Part shown: positions 34,567-44,969 of the stretch, piece after piece | Layout: the number at the start of each line of letters is the position of its first letter | Numbering within the stretch: position 1 is the stretch's first letter | Assembly: GCA_039028615.1 (NCBI GenBank) | Contig: JBCCHT010000011.1 | Coordinates: 160,001 to 224,000, forward strand | Length of the DNA: 64,000 nucleotides | Origin: Myxococcota bacterium | GTDB taxonomy: Bacteria; Myxococcota_A; Polyangia; Nannocystales; Nannocystaceae | Reading direction: 5' to 3' | Notes under the pieces: model-generated | Databases searched by the model: none | What the model was told of the DNA's origin: nothing | Seen by the model: the letters and a program-made list of their open reading frames with translations, nothing else | Program-made: the position numbers and the translations under genes

Positions 34567-36261
34567 ATGACGAAGGGACGTGCGAAGGCGTGGACGCGCG
34601 GCGCCTCGGTGCTGGCGTGCGTGCTCGGTGTCGGGTGCATCGTCGAGTACGTCCCCGTGGAGCCGCGACCTCCCGAGCCTCGGAGGGCCGAGCAACGCCC
34701 GAGTGAGCCGAGCCCGGAGATTCGCATCGTCGACATCGAGCCGGGCGCCACGACCCTGATGTTGTGCAGCGCGGTCGCGCGTGGCGAAGGGGTCGCCGAG
34801 GCGTTGGCCGGGGCCGACCCCAACCGGCCGTGTCCGATCGGTCGCCTCCCTCGCCGGGAGAGTGACGACCCGACCATGGCTGACGGAGACGTTATCGGCC
34901 TCCTCCTGATCTCCCTCCTCTTGCCCCCCATCGGACTCTATGCGTTGGAGCAGCGGAACAAAGAGCGGCGTCAACGCCGTGATGCCCCTTTGCGCAGCCT
35001 CTACCTGAGTAGGCCGGAGACGCTGCCTCCGCTTTTCTTGGCGCTGCTGCGGATCGACACCGACGCCATGAAGCTGCTGCTCGACGCAGGTGCCGACCCC
35101 AATATCCGATTCCCCATCGAGGGCAATCCCCCCGCCGTCGAGGTCGCGTTCGACATCGCCGTGGTCGACGGCGTGGAGGAGCCACTTTGGGTCCTGCTCG
35201 ATGCCGGGGCCGGGGTGACGAAAGCCGACCTGAAGGGTCGAGCACTGTTGGACTCCGAGGCCGATGCCGACTGGTTGGTCGAGCGTTCCGAGCTGCTTCG
35301 GCGCATGCTCGAGCGCGGCCTGTCGACATGGTCCGGCTTCATGCGCCTGGCGCTGGGGATGGAAAATCTCGACTCCGTGGAGGTCCTGCTGGAGTTCGGG
35401 GCCGACCCCGAGTGGAACCTGCTACAGGGAGAGCAGAGCCTGGAGTTCGCGCGGATGCTGCTGGAATACGGAGCCGACCCCATGTACGCGGATGCCGAGG
35501 GGCTCAACGCGTTCGAGTACACCCTCGGTCGCTCCGTTCCCTACGACAAAGAGCGAGTGACCGAGACGCTCATCGAGCTCCTTCGCCATACGCGGTCGCT
35601 ACCGAAGGACTACCGCCGGCACTTGATCGCGCGTGCCCGTCGAGCGGGACTCGGACAGCGAGCGATTCGAGCCCTACGGCTGGCCACGGAACCCTACGGC
35701 GATCGCCCCGCGTGGCTCCGCGTCCAGGGCGACACGCCGCCGCCTCCCCCCCGGGAGCCCGTCGCGTTGCAGCGCCGCATCACGGACGAGAGTCGGATCT
35801 GGTTCGGGGACATCTATGGGTCCACTCGCCTCGCCATGGGGCCGACCTTCGAGCTCCAGCCCTTTGCCACCCGCTTCGACCTCGAGCTGGGTGGCGGGGC
35901 CCCGCTGCTCTTCGAGATGCAGTACCGCAGCCCCTCGCTGTGGGTGTGGCCGGAGATCAGCTATGGCCACACCACGGGGACACAGGCGCGCAACGTGGGC
36001 GTGATGGGGGTCGGCGTCGGTCTGGGCGACGACGAGGGGGACTTCGTGGTGACCTATCGGCCGCGCTTTCAAGCGGGCACCCGGGGCTCCGCTCGCAGCC
36101 TCGGTTTCCGCCACGGCTTCGCGCTGCACGTGTTCCAGTTCGCCGGGGGCGCCGAGGTTTTCCACCAGGTCGAGTTCCATCGCTCGACGGTGGGGCACAG
36201 CTTCGGACTCTTGTTCAACCTCAGTCCCTTCAGCTGGGGGATCAACCGCTTGGCTCATTGA
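34567..36261 (+). CDS. Ankyrin-repeat-like protein with C-terminal beta-barrel-like domain
   Basis: LLLDAGADPN, LLEFGADPE, LLEYGADP; lipobox-like GVGC; C-terminus similar to that of 58-1464. Confidence 0.75.
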   Translation: MTKGRAKAWTRGASVLACVLGVGCIVEYVPVEPRPPEPRRAEQRPSEPSPEIRIVDIEPGATTLMLCSAVARGEGVAEALAGADPNRPCPIGRLPRRESDDPTMADGDVIGLLLISLLLPPIGLYALEQRNKERRQRRDAPLRSLYLSRPETLPPLFLALLRIDTDAMKLLLDAGADPNIRFPIEGNPPAVEVAFDIAVVDGVEEPLWVLLDAGAGVTKADLKGRALLDSEADADWLVERSELLRRMLERGLSTWSGFMRLALGMENLDSVEVLLEFGADPEWNLLQGEQSLEFARMLLEYGADPMYADAEGLNAFEYTLGRSVPYDKERVTETLIELLRHTRSLPKDYRRHLIARARRAGLGQRAIRALRLATEPYGDRPAWLRVQGDTPPPPPREPVALQRRITDESRIWFGDIYGSTRLAMGPTFELQPFATRFDLELGGGAPLLFEMQYRSPSLWVWPEISYGHTTGTQARNVGVMGVGVGLGDDEGDFVVTYRPRFQAGTRGSARSLGFRHGFALHVFQFAGGAEVFHQVEFHRSTVGHSFGLLFNLSPFSWGINRLAH

Positions 36262-36441
36262 TCACCCCAGGACCGCGCCACTGGGGCAACGCGAACACCA
36301 ACACGTCGAGAACCTCACAAGCCGCTGATGAACCTCGCTACGGTGGCAGAATCCAGCGTTCCACGGCGAGATGTCGGAGCATGTGAGATCGCGTGAGACG
36401 AATGTCGAAGGGACTGAAGCGTTCCGACCATCCTTTTGTTG

Positions 36442-36636
36442 ATGACTCGGATCACCATTGTTTCATTTGCGCTTGCTTCGGTCGTCGGCGTGGTGGGTTG
36501 TGAGCGAACCGCGACGAACGTGCCCGACGAGGCCGCGCCCGCCCCGGCCGCGAAGGACTGGGAGCCGCCCGAGGGAGACTTCGGAGCCGAGCGTGTCGAA
36601 GAGGAAGAGGAAGCTCCCTTCCTCAGCGCTCGCTGA
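36442..36636 (+). CDS. Small lipoprotein
   Basis: MTRITIVSFALASVVGVVGC signal, then an acidic/Pro-rich tail. Confidence 0.55.
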   Translation: MTRITIVSFALASVVGVVGCERTATNVPDEAAPAPAAKDWEPPEGDFGAERVEEEEEAPFLSAR

Positions 36637-36850
36637 GCAGCGCGACGTCGGGGGACGTCGATCGCTGCCGGGCCGTACGCAACATCCGAAGCCGGGAGGG
36701 GACCGGCCGGAGGTTGATCATGGGGACACGGCCCTTCGTTCGAATGTCGTGGACAGCTTTGGATCGACACTCAACGTCGAACGCTCGCGCCATGGGGTGC
36801 GCTTGCCCGGCGAAGCCAGCGCCTTGGCAACATGTTAGCGTCCGCAGCCG

Positions 36851-37960
36851 ATGCGCTATTCGTTGTTGGTAGGTTGGACGCTCGCCCTGACCACGGTCGC
36901 TTGCCGACCCACCGCCGAGACCACGGAGACGCCCGTCGACACGGGACCCGCTCCTGCGCCCGAAGTCACCGTCGCTGAGCCCACCGCCATCGACGAGCAG
37001 CTGCGCGCCCGCGCCGAGATGGCGGCCGAGTACTCGGCGAGCGTCACCGGCCACGGCGTGCTGATCATGGTGGATGGCCAGGTGGTCTTCGAGGGCGCCC
37101 AGAACGACTGGGCCTCCGATCGCCCGCACAAGCTGGCCAGCGGCACCAAGAGCTTCTGGAGCTCGGTGGTCGCGGCGGCGATCGAAGACGGCATCGTCAG
37201 CGGCTTCGACGAGAAGGCGGCCGAGACCCTCGGCGACTGGGCCACCACCGATGCCCGCAAGGCGATCACGGTACGCCAGCTGCTGAACTTCACCAGCGGC
37301 ATCGATCCCGACCTGGGTATCGAGATCCAGCAGGTGGCCGAGACCGACGTCTTCGCGCTCGCGCTGTCGAAGGACAACGTCAACGATCCCGGCACCCGCT
37401 GGGCCTATAGCGGCACCAGCCACACCGTGCTGGGGGCCTTGCTCGAGCGCAAGCTGGCCGCCCGCGACACCACCCTCGAGGCCTACCTGCGCTCGCGCAT
37501 CCTCGAGCCGCTCGGCATGGAGCTCCAAGACTGGCGCCGCGACGCGGAGGGCCGCTTGCTCATGCCGACCGGGGCTCGCTTCCTGCCGCAGGAGTGGGCC
37601 GCGTACGGCGAGATGGTCCGGCTCGGGGGCGTCACCGCGGATGGAACCCGCGTGCTCCCCGAGGGCGCCGTCGCCCAGATGTTCGAGCCCTCGTCGGCCC
37701 CGCCCGCCGGTCAGTTCTATGCCCTGGGGTGGTGGCTCGACAGCGTCGATACCTATCGCGCCAAGCTCCCCCGCGACCTCGTGCTCGCGGGCGGAAGCGG
37801 CGGACAGATGCTCGCGATCATCCCCTCGCAGAAGATCACCGCCGTACGCTTCGGCGACAGCGACGACTTCAACGAGGCCGAGTTCCTGTGCCGGCTGCTC
37901 TACGGCGTCGACCTGAAGACTCGACTGGCCGAGGGCGCCAGCGAACAATCAGGCGAGTAG
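36851..37960 (+). CDS. Serine hydrolase, beta-lactamase/AmpC-like family, lipoprotein
   Basis: SGTK (SxxK), QLLNFTSG, PGTRWAYS, ILEPLGM; TVAC lipobox. Confidence 0.88.
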   Translation: MRYSLLVGWTLALTTVACRPTAETTETPVDTGPAPAPEVTVAEPTAIDEQLRARAEMAAEYSASVTGHGVLIMVDGQVVFEGAQNDWASDRPHKLASGTKSFWSSVVAAAIEDGIVSGFDEKAAETLGDWATTDARKAITVRQLLNFTSGIDPDLGIEIQQVAETDVFALALSKDNVNDPGTRWAYSGTSHTVLGALLERKLAARDTTLEAYLRSRILEPLGMELQDWRRDAEGRLLMPTGARFLPQEWAAYGEMVRLGGVTADGTRVLPEGAVAQMFEPSSAPPAGQFYALGWWLDSVDTYRAKLPRDLVLAGGSGGQMLAIIPSQKITAVRFGDSDDFNEAEFLCRLLYGVDLKTRLAEGASEQSGE

Positions 37961-38503
37961 CTGATACAGCGACAGGGCGTCGAGGAGATCGAGCTCGAGG
38001 GGCCCGATCTCCAGGCGGCACCCGATATAGAGTCGGACCCGCGTGCCGGGTTCGACCTGGCGTCGATCGAGCTGCATGCCGTTGGTGGATCGATCGATGA
38101 GATCGATGCGCCCCTGATCGTCGATATAGATGTGCGCCTGGAGCTTCGAGATGAAGCCAAAGGGGATGATGATGTCCGAAGTGTTGGTACGACCGATGCT
38201 GATGCGGTCGGGGAACAGGTCGGTGCGCTTGCGAATGGGCAGCACCAACCACCGCGCCGCCCAGCCGCCCAGCAAGTCGGCGCGTACATCGGCCGAGTCT
38301 TGGAGCGACAGCAGGGTCTCGCGCGAGAACTGCTCCGTGTCGAAGCCCCGACGCGCGCCCTCGGCATTGCCCCGCGCGATGGTGTCGGCGAGCGGGCGCT
38401 TGACGAGGTAGAGCCCGCGGTACTTCTCGAGGAAACGGGTCCGCCCCAGCCGGCGAGCGTCGTTGCCGAACGCTTCCTCACCCACCGCTTCCGTCATCAC
38501 CAC
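37949..38503 (-). CDS. FHA-domain protein
   Basis: ISIGRT..DI..ISKLQAHI..D.STNG. Confidence 0.8.
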   Translation of the reverse strand: MVMTEAVGEEAFGNDARRLGRTRFLEKYRGLYLVKRPLADTIARGNAEGARRGFDTEQFSRETLLSLQDSADVRADLLGGWAARWLVLPIRKRTDLFPDRISIGRTNTSDIIIPFGFISKLQAHIYIDDQGRIDLIDRSTNGMQLDRRQVEPGTRVRLYIGCRLEIGPLELDLLDALSLYQLLA

Positions 38504-38660
38504 TGCATGCCATCGTAACAGGCAGGGTCGGTCAGGGTGTCTCTTCGTTTGGGGTCGTTCGACGCGTGGTGGCCCATCGTAGTACCGGGAAAACCACCAA
38601 CCCGTTCGGGTCGATCGACCCGTCTTCGTTCAATCAGTGTTCAGCGCGGGTCGGCCGAAG

Positions 38661-41600
38661 TCACTGGACCTCGATCTCGTCGACGAAGATGAACGCATGC
38701 GCCCCGGCGCCCAGGTGCCACGAAGGGATTCGACCATAGCTCGGCGCCCGCACGCGTACGTAGCGGGCGCGGGTCGTCTTGGTCTCCACTACGAGATCGC
38801 GAACGTAGGTCTTTTCCGTATCGCGGTCGGGCACGTCGTGGGTCGCCCGACCGATCGATCGCCAGCGCTTGCCGTCCCGCGAGACCTCGACCTGCAGCTC
38901 GGTGGGCATCCAGATCCACGAGCGGGCATCCTGGAGGAAGCCGACGGTCACCGTCTTCACCGCCTTGGCCTTGCCCAGGTCGACGGTGGCCTCGAAGTCC
39001 ATGCCCTGGTAACCCTGCCAACCGCCCGTGCGCCAGCGGTCGTTGCCGCGGCGACCGTCGACCAGTCCCTCGGGCCCGCCCGCGCGATAGGAGCGGTGGG
39101 GCTCGTGGGCCAAGCTGACCTTCATACCCTTGCGACGCCGACGTACGGTGGCCTCGACCCACGGGCTGCGCTTGCCGCCCTCGAAAGCGGCGGCGGTGAT
39201 GGTGGTGGTCTCGCGTAGCTCGAGGGGCGCGTCGTAGCGCGGGCTGTCGGCGGTGGGCGGCGTGCCGTCGAGGCGATAGCGGATCTCCGCGTCGCCGCGA
39301 GGCATGCTCAGCTCGATGGTGGTCGAGTCCACGAATGCGGGCTCGGGCACGTGCACCATGGGCACGGGCAGCTGCCCGTGCGGACCCGCGAAGAGCGGCT
39401 CGCCCGGCTCCAACGCTCCCCAGTCCGGGTTGGGCTCGGAGCCCATGTCGAGCACCAGCGTGCCACCGCCCACGAGATCGCCGTGGACCAGCCGCGCCTG
39501 CGCGTGCGGCTTGCCGTCGAGCGTCGCGCTCTGGACATAGAAGGCATCCTCGGACACGCCGGGCGCCTCGATGACGAAGTCGGCCCCGTTCGGTAGATGA
39601 AGGGTGGCGCGCTCGAACAAGGGCGAGCCGATCACGTAGTCGTCGCGACCGGGCGCCAGCGGATAAAAGCCCAGCGCGCTGAGCACGTACCACGACGACA
39701 TCTGGCCGCAGTCATCGTTGCCCGACAGCCCGTCCGGCGCGTCGGTGTACAGCGTGGTCAAGATCTCCCGCACCCGCGCCTGCGTCTTGGGAGCCTGCCC
39801 CACGTAGGGATACAGGTACGCGACGTGGTGACTCGGCTCGTTGCCGTGCGCGTACTGGCCGATGAGTCCGGTGATGTCGACCTGCTGGCGCCCCACCAAG
39901 GACGTGGGCACGACGAAGAGCCGGTCGAGCCGCTGCTCGAGCTTCTGCGGTCCCCCGTGGCGCGCCACCAAGCCGCCGACGTCGTGGGGTACGAAGAAGC
40001 CGTACTGCCACGCGTTGGCCTCGGTGTAGTGAATGTTGACCTCGCGCGGCTCGAAGTCAGGCACGAAGGCCCCGTTCTCGCGCGCCCGAAACAGCCCCGA
40101 GCTCGGGTCGAAGATGTTCTCCCAGTGCTGCGCTCGCGCCATGAAGCGCTCGTGCTCGGCTCGGTTGCCCACCCCCTCCGCGAGCACGGCGATGCACCAG
40201 TCGTCGTAGGCGTACTCGAGCGTCTTGGAGACCGACTCGTGCTCTTGCTCGGCCGGCACGAAGCCGTGGGTGCGATAGCCGGGCAACCCGAGGTGGTCGG
40301 CATCGGCCGAGGCGATGGAGGCCTGCAGGGCCTGCTCGAGGTCGAAATCGGTGATGCCCTTGGCCCATGCATCCACGATGACGGGCACCGCGTGGTAGCC
40401 GATCATCGTGCCCGTGTAGTTGCCGGCCAGCTCCCACATGGGCAGCTGCCCGCCCGTCTGCGCCTGCGATAGCAGGGTGTGCACGAAGTCCCGCGTCCGC
40501 ACCGGATCGATGAGCGTCAGCAAGGGGTGCGTCGCCCGAAACGTGTCCCACAGCGAGAAGACGGTGTAGTTGGTGAAGTCGGGCGACTCGTGGATCTTCG
40601 CGTCCATCCCCCGGAAGCGCCCGTCGACGTCCTCGTAGAGGTTGGGCGCCAACATCGAGTGGTAGAGCGCGGTGTAGAACATGCGCTGCTGAGCCTCGGT
40701 ACCACCCTCGACCTCGATGGTGCTCAAGGCCCGCTGCCAGCTGTCGTGGGCCTCGCCGCGATAGGCCTCGAAGTCCCAGTGGGGCGCCTCGGTCTCGAGG
40801 TTGCGCAGCGCCCCCTGCTCGTCGACGGCGGACAGAGCCACCTGCACCAGCAGCGGCTCGTCGCTGGCGGCCGGCTCGAGCAAGAGGCGAACGTCCGGCC
40901 CGACATAGTGGACGGCCCCATCGGTGGAGCCCGGCTGCGGCGTGACGGCACTGACCGCGGTCACCCCCTCCACGGGCCGAGACAGCCGCATGGCAAAGAA
41001 CACCCGCTGGTCGCGAGCCCACGACTTCGAGCGTCGCAGCCCCACGAAATCGGTCGCAGAGACCTGCTTCACCCAGGTATCGAGGACCTCGTCGCGATGC
41101 CGCAGGTCGAGATAGAGCGCCGGTCGCCCGGGCCCCTCGAAGGTGTAGCGATGCACGCCCACGCGCGGCGTCGCGGTGAGCTCGACCTGCACCGCCGGCT
41201 CGTCCAGCCGGACCCGATAGTCTCCGGGGTGGGCCTGCTCGTCCGCATGATCGAAGCGCGCGGCAAAGGGATGCTCGGGATCGCCGAGGCCGGCGGGTGC
41301 CCCCTCGCCCAGCACCGTGGGCATCAGCAAGATGTCGGCATAGTCGGCGATGCCCGTGCCGCTGAGGTGGGTGTGGCTGAAGCCGTAGACCATCGAGTCG
41401 TCGTAGTGATAGCCGGAGCAGCCATCCCACCCGGTGAGCCGCGTGTCGGGGCTGAGCTGCACCATGCCGAAGGGGCGCGTGGCTCCGGGGAAGGTGTGCC
41501 CGTGCGCCTGCGTGCCGATGAAGGGATCGACCAGCGGCGTGGGATCGAAGCGCTCGGCCGTGGCGTCGGGCAGCCGAGGCAAGGGCGGCGTCTCGGCCGG

Positions 41601-41675
41601 CCCCTTCGCTCGGCAAGCGGCGAGGCTCACCAGCGCGACCGTGCAGATCGTGGCAGCAGTGTTCCAACCGGGCAT
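38661..41675 (-). CDS. GH92 alpha-mannosidase with chitobiase/Fn3-like and F5/8-type C-terminal domains
   Basis: PFGMVQLSPDT, GFSHTHLSGTG, FSLWDTFR, YTEANAWQY, YAHGNEPSHH, GNDDCGQMSSW; IRYRLDGTPP. Confidence 0.93.
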   Translation of the reverse strand: MPGWNTAATICTVALVSLAACRAKGPAETPPLPRLPDATAERFDPTPLVDPFIGTQAHGHTFPGATRPFGMVQLSPDTRLTGWDGCSGYHYDDSMVYGFSHTHLSGTGIADYADILLMPTVLGEGAPAGLGDPEHPFAARFDHADEQAHPGDYRVRLDEPAVQVELTATPRVGVHRYTFEGPGRPALYLDLRHRDEVLDTWVKQVSATDFVGLRRSKSWARDQRVFFAMRLSRPVEGVTAVSAVTPQPGSTDGAVHYVGPDVRLLLEPAASDEPLLVQVALSAVDEQGALRNLETEAPHWDFEAYRGEAHDSWQRALSTIEVEGGTEAQQRMFYTALYHSMLAPNLYEDVDGRFRGMDAKIHESPDFTNYTVFSLWDTFRATHPLLTLIDPVRTRDFVHTLLSQAQTGGQLPMWELAGNYTGTMIGYHAVPVIVDAWAKGITDFDLEQALQASIASADADHLGLPGYRTHGFVPAEQEHESVSKTLEYAYDDWCIAVLAEGVGNRAEHERFMARAQHWENIFDPSSGLFRARENGAFVPDFEPREVNIHYTEANAWQYGFFVPHDVGGLVARHGGPQKLEQRLDRLFVVPTSLVGRQQVDITGLIGQYAHGNEPSHHVAYLYPYVGQAPKTQARVREILTTLYTDAPDGLSGNDDCGQMSSWYVLSALGFYPLAPGRDDYVIGSPLFERATLHLPNGADFVIEAPGVSEDAFYVQSATLDGKPHAQARLVHGDLVGGGTLVLDMGSEPNPDWGALEPGEPLFAGPHGQLPVPMVHVPEPAFVDSTTIELSMPRGDAEIRYRLDGTPPTADSPRYDAPLELRETTTITAAAFEGGKRSPWVEATVRRRRKGMKVSLAHEPHRSYRAGGPEGLVDGRRGNDRWRTGGWQGYQGMDFEATVDLGKAKAVKTVTVGFLQDARSWIWMPTELQVEVSRDGKRWRSIGRATHDVPDRDTEKTYVRDLVVETKTTRARYVRVRAPSYGRIPSWHLGAGAHAFIFVDEIEVQ

Positions 41676-41676
41676 G

Positions 41677-42882
41677 TCAGTCCTGTCCTGTCGTTGTCGG
41701 TGATCGGGCGACGGTGGCGAACCACGCGATGTAGCCGTAGGCCAGCGCGGTCGACAGCAGCGCCACGCGATAGCCCCACTGGTCGGCGAGCAACCCCATG
41801 AGCACGGGGATCACCGCACCGCCCACGATGGCCATGACCAGCACCCCCGAGCCGCGGCGCGTCTCCTCGCCCAGGCCGTCGACGGCGAGCGAGAAGATGG
41901 TGGGGAACATGATCGAGTTGCACAGGCCCACCGCGAGCAGGAGCGGCACCGCGGTCGTCCCCATGGCGATGACGGTGAGCACCACCAGGCCGATGGCCAG
42001 GCCACAGGAGGCCACCAAGACCCACGCGGGAGAGACCCGTCGCTGCAGCGCCGCCCCCACGAAGCGCCCGACCATCGCGGCGCCCCAGTAGTACGAGACG
42101 AGATAGCCCGCCTCCGAGGCATCCATGCCCGCGACCTCCGGGAGCCCGAAGAACAGCACGAGCACGCTGCCGATGCCGACCTCGGCCCCCACGTAGACGA
42201 AGATCGCGATGGCGCCGAGCCGCAGCCGACGGTGTCGCCAGATGCTCTGTCCCCCACGAGCGGCCGTGGGCGCGGCGCTGTCGATCGAGGGCAGCCGCAC
42301 CAGCGAGAACACCAGCGCCAGCACCACCAACACCGCCGTGATGGCCAGGTAGGGCATGCGCACCGACTCCGCCCCCTGCCCCTCGAGGATGAGCCAGGCC
42401 CCCAACGCGGGCGCCAGCGTGGTGCCCAGCGAGTTGATGCCCTGCGTCAGGTTGAGGCGACTCGAGGCCGTGCGCGACGGACCCAGCAAGGTCACGTAGG
42501 GATTGGCCGCCACCTGCAGCACGGTGATGCCCGCCGCGAGCACGAACAAGGCGATCAAGAACGCCGCGTACGAGTGGATCCACGAGCTGAGGGCGAAGCA
42601 CACCGCCCCGACCGCGGCGATGCCCAGCCCCGCCACGATGCCGCCGCGATACCCGACCCGACCGATCAGCCACCCCGCGGGGACCCCCATCACGAAGTAG
42701 GCGCCGAAGAAGCTCAGCTGCACCAGCATCGCCATGGTCGCGTTGAGATCGAACAACGCCTTGAGATGCGGCACGAGGATGTCGTTGAGCACCGTGACGA
42801 AGCCCCACATGAAGAAGAGCAGGGCCAGCAGGGCCAACGCCGCCGGGTAGGTGCCTTCGGAGGTGGAGCGCGGATTCGCCAA
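41677..42882 (-). CDS. MFS sugar transporter, FucP/GluP family
   Basis: LFFMWGF..LNDILVP, LQVAANPY, YVGAEV, SIMFPTIF, AIVGGA. Confidence 0.92.
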   Translation of the reverse strand: MANPRSTSEGTYPAALALLALLFFMWGFVTVLNDILVPHLKALFDLNATMAMLVQLSFFGAYFVMGVPAGWLIGRVGYRGGIVAGLGIAAVGAVCFALSSWIHSYAAFLIALFVLAAGITVLQVAANPYVTLLGPSRTASSRLNLTQGINSLGTTLAPALGAWLILEGQGAESVRMPYLAITAVLVVLALVFSLVRLPSIDSAAPTAARGGQSIWRHRRLRLGAIAIFVYVGAEVGIGSVLVLFFGLPEVAGMDASEAGYLVSYYWGAAMVGRFVGAALQRRVSPAWVLVASCGLAIGLVVLTVIAMGTTAVPLLLAVGLCNSIMFPTIFSLAVDGLGEETRRGSGVLVMAIVGGAVIPVLMGLLADQWGYRVALLSTALAYGYIAWFATVARSPTTTGQD

Positions 42883-43106
42883 GGGCCGGACGATACCGCG
42901 GCTTCACCCGCCGCGGGGCCCCACCACGGCCCATCGCCTCGAACCGCGATCGGACGCTCCGCTGTTCGTCAACGCGGGGAAGCCCCCGTGCCGTCGTCGG
43001 GCGGACCCCCTGGTCGCGGGTCGATCCCCTCTCCGATCGAGGGTAGGCACGACGAACTGAGTCGAGGCATGAAACTTCTCGTGCTCTAGCGCGTCGGGAT
43101 GTGCCG

Positions 43107-44264
43107 ATGATGGTGCGGTGGGTGGCGGCGACAGGATTGGTGGTGGGCATGGCCATGGCTTCGGGGTGCACGAAGGTGCGTGCACCCGAGCCGACCGCGG
43201 TGCCCGACCTGGCCCAAGCGACCTCGCAATCGAAGTGCGAGGTCCGTCGCAGCGCCGACAAGCCGCTGGTCATCGAGTGGCCCGCCGCCGACCGAGCCGC
43301 GCTCGAAGCCCGCGCCCGCGACAGCCTCGTCGCCGTGCGTTACCAGGGCTGCACGATGGAGGTGCTCAATCACTGTGACATCTCGGGCAGCTACGACTAT
43401 GTGGCGCTCAATCCCAAGCACGAGCAGGTGAAGATCCGCGAGGCCGACGAGCTGTACGCGCGGCTTCCGGTCGGGGCCGCGGCCCTCGAAGGCAAGCTCG
43501 AGCGTAGCGGCGAGCTGGTCATCGACCTGTCGATCGTGGGTCGACACCAGGCCGATCGCCACGTCGTGTCCGATCGAGAGCTCGAAGGCCGCTGTGAAGG
43601 TGCCACGCATGTGCTCACCGGGCTGACCGTCGGCGCGTTCACGCTGCGCCAGGCCGCCCACGGCGAGGCGGGAGCGCATGCCAAGGCCGGTCCCGCGGGC
43701 GCGGGGGGCTCGATCGAGCGCTCCCACGAGATGCTGGCCCGCGACGGCGATCCCCAGTCATGCGAGCACCCGACCGCGGACGAGCTCGCCTCCAGCCAAT
43801 CGCAGCCCCCCGCCCGCTGCGGCGCTCTGCTGCGCGTCGAAGCGGTCCCGTTGGTTCGCTCCACCGTCGCCAGCACCAGCAACAGCACCAGCACCAGCCC
43901 CACTGCGGCCGAGCCGACTTCCCGAGACCTGAAGCGCTCCCATCGTCGCGCGGTGGCCTGGCGGGCGACGGCCGCGACTTCGGGCGTGCTCGCGGCGGCC
44001 TCCGTGGGCGGAATCTTCGGCGGCGGCGTGCTGATCGCTCAGGCCAACGATCACGCGGTATGGGAAGAGCCCACCGCCGACGACCTGAGAAAGAAGCGGA
44101 TCGGCACGGGCATGCTCATCGGCTCCTCGATTGGGGTGATGGGCTTCAGCACCCTGGCCGTCGTCGCCGCGACCGCGTCCCGCCGCGCTCGCTTCGAACG
44201 CCTCGCCGTCACCCCCACCCTCGGACCCACGGGCGGCGGCCTCCAGCTCATGGCGCGGTTCTAA
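43107..44264 (+). CDS. Hypothetical lipoprotein with C-terminal hydrophobic hairpin and terminal beta-strand
   Basis: ASGC lipobox; Cys pairs; C-terminus GGGLQLMARF. Confidence 0.7.
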   Translation: MMVRWVAATGLVVGMAMASGCTKVRAPEPTAVPDLAQATSQSKCEVRRSADKPLVIEWPAADRAALEARARDSLVAVRYQGCTMEVLNHCDISGSYDYVALNPKHEQVKIREADELYARLPVGAAALEGKLERSGELVIDLSIVGRHQADRHVVSDRELEGRCEGATHVLTGLTVGAFTLRQAAHGEAGAHAKAGPAGAGGSIERSHEMLARDGDPQSCEHPTADELASSQSQPPARCGALLRVEAVPLVRSTVASTSNSTSTSPTAAEPTSRDLKRSHRRAVAWRATAATSGVLAAASVGGIFGGGVLIAQANDHAVWEEPTADDLRKKRIGTGMLIGSSIGVMGFSTLAVVAATASRRARFERLAVTPTLGPTGGGLQLMARF

Positions 44265-44959
44265 GCCGTCGTGTCGGGCGGGTCGCCCAAGTACACCGAT
44301 AGATAGCGGCGCAGCATCAGCTTGGTCTCCGCCACCAACGCCTCGCCTTCCCCCGAGTCTTCGGCGCGCACGACCGCCAGCATCAACGTCACCACCGCGT
44401 TGACCAGCGTGGTGGCGACGATCCTTCGCTTCGCGGCCTCGAGCGTGGGCACCCAGCCCGCGAACAAACCCGCCGTCGCCTCGATGAGCTCTTGCGTCAT
44501 CGCCTGATCGGCCTCGGCAAACTCTCCGTACAGATCGAGGTTGCGCCAGATCGCCTGCATCTCGACGACCTCGTGGTTGATGCGCACGAAGCCGTCGATG
44601 AAGCGGTCGAGCAGCGCAGCCCAGGGTTGCGACAGCGGGTCCGTGCCCAGCATCTCCACATAGGACTGCCGCGTCAGCTTCAGGCAACGGTCGGCCACCT
44701 CGACGAACAACGCCCGCTTGTTCGGAAAGAACTGATAGACCGATCCGATGGACGTGCCCGCCCGCGCGGCGATGCCTTCCATGGTCGTGTCGCCGAAGCC
44801 GAACTGCGCGAACGACTCGGCCGCGGCCTGCACGATGCTCTCGAAGCGGCGCTGACTGCGCGCCTGCGTCGGCCGACGTCGCTCCGATGGGGCCGCGGGG
44901 GCCTTGCGACGCGAACTCGCGACCTTGTTCGTCGCTTTCGCGTTCTTGCTGCGCGCCAC
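44261..44959 (-). CDS. TetR/AcrR family transcriptional regulator
   Basis: TTMEGIAARAGTSIGSVYQFFPNK; PTQARS N-terminal motif. Start uncertain (44959 or 44965). Confidence 0.92.
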   Translation of the reverse strand: MARSKNAKATNKVASSRRKAPAAPSERRRPTQARSQRRFESIVQAAAESFAQFGFGDTTMEGIAARAGTSIGSVYQFFPNKRALFVEVADRCLKLTRQSYVEMLGTDPLSQPWAALLDRFIDGFVRINHEVVEMQAIWRNLDLYGEFAEADQAMTQELIEATAGLFAGWVPTLEAAKRRIVATTLVNAVVTLMLAVVRAEDSGEGEALVAETKLMLRRYLSVYLGDPPDTTA

Positions 44960-44969
44960 TTGCAAAATC

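Noticed and set aside
34470..34600. Glycine or TPP riboswitch (ctcagg..ggac on minus; ctgaga on plus)
   Set aside because: The other conserved elements (GGAGA..CCGAAG; ACCTGAT) are absent and no suitable downstream gene is present.
36825..36839. Sigma54-like TGGCAACATGTTAGC before the serine hydrolase
   Set aside because: GG-N10-GC spacing fits but the match to TGGCACG/TTGC is weak; it may be chance.
36851..37960. Antibiotic-resistance beta-lactamase call
   Set aside because: SxxK serine hydrolase fold only; it lacks the YxN and KTG motifs of true class C enzymes.
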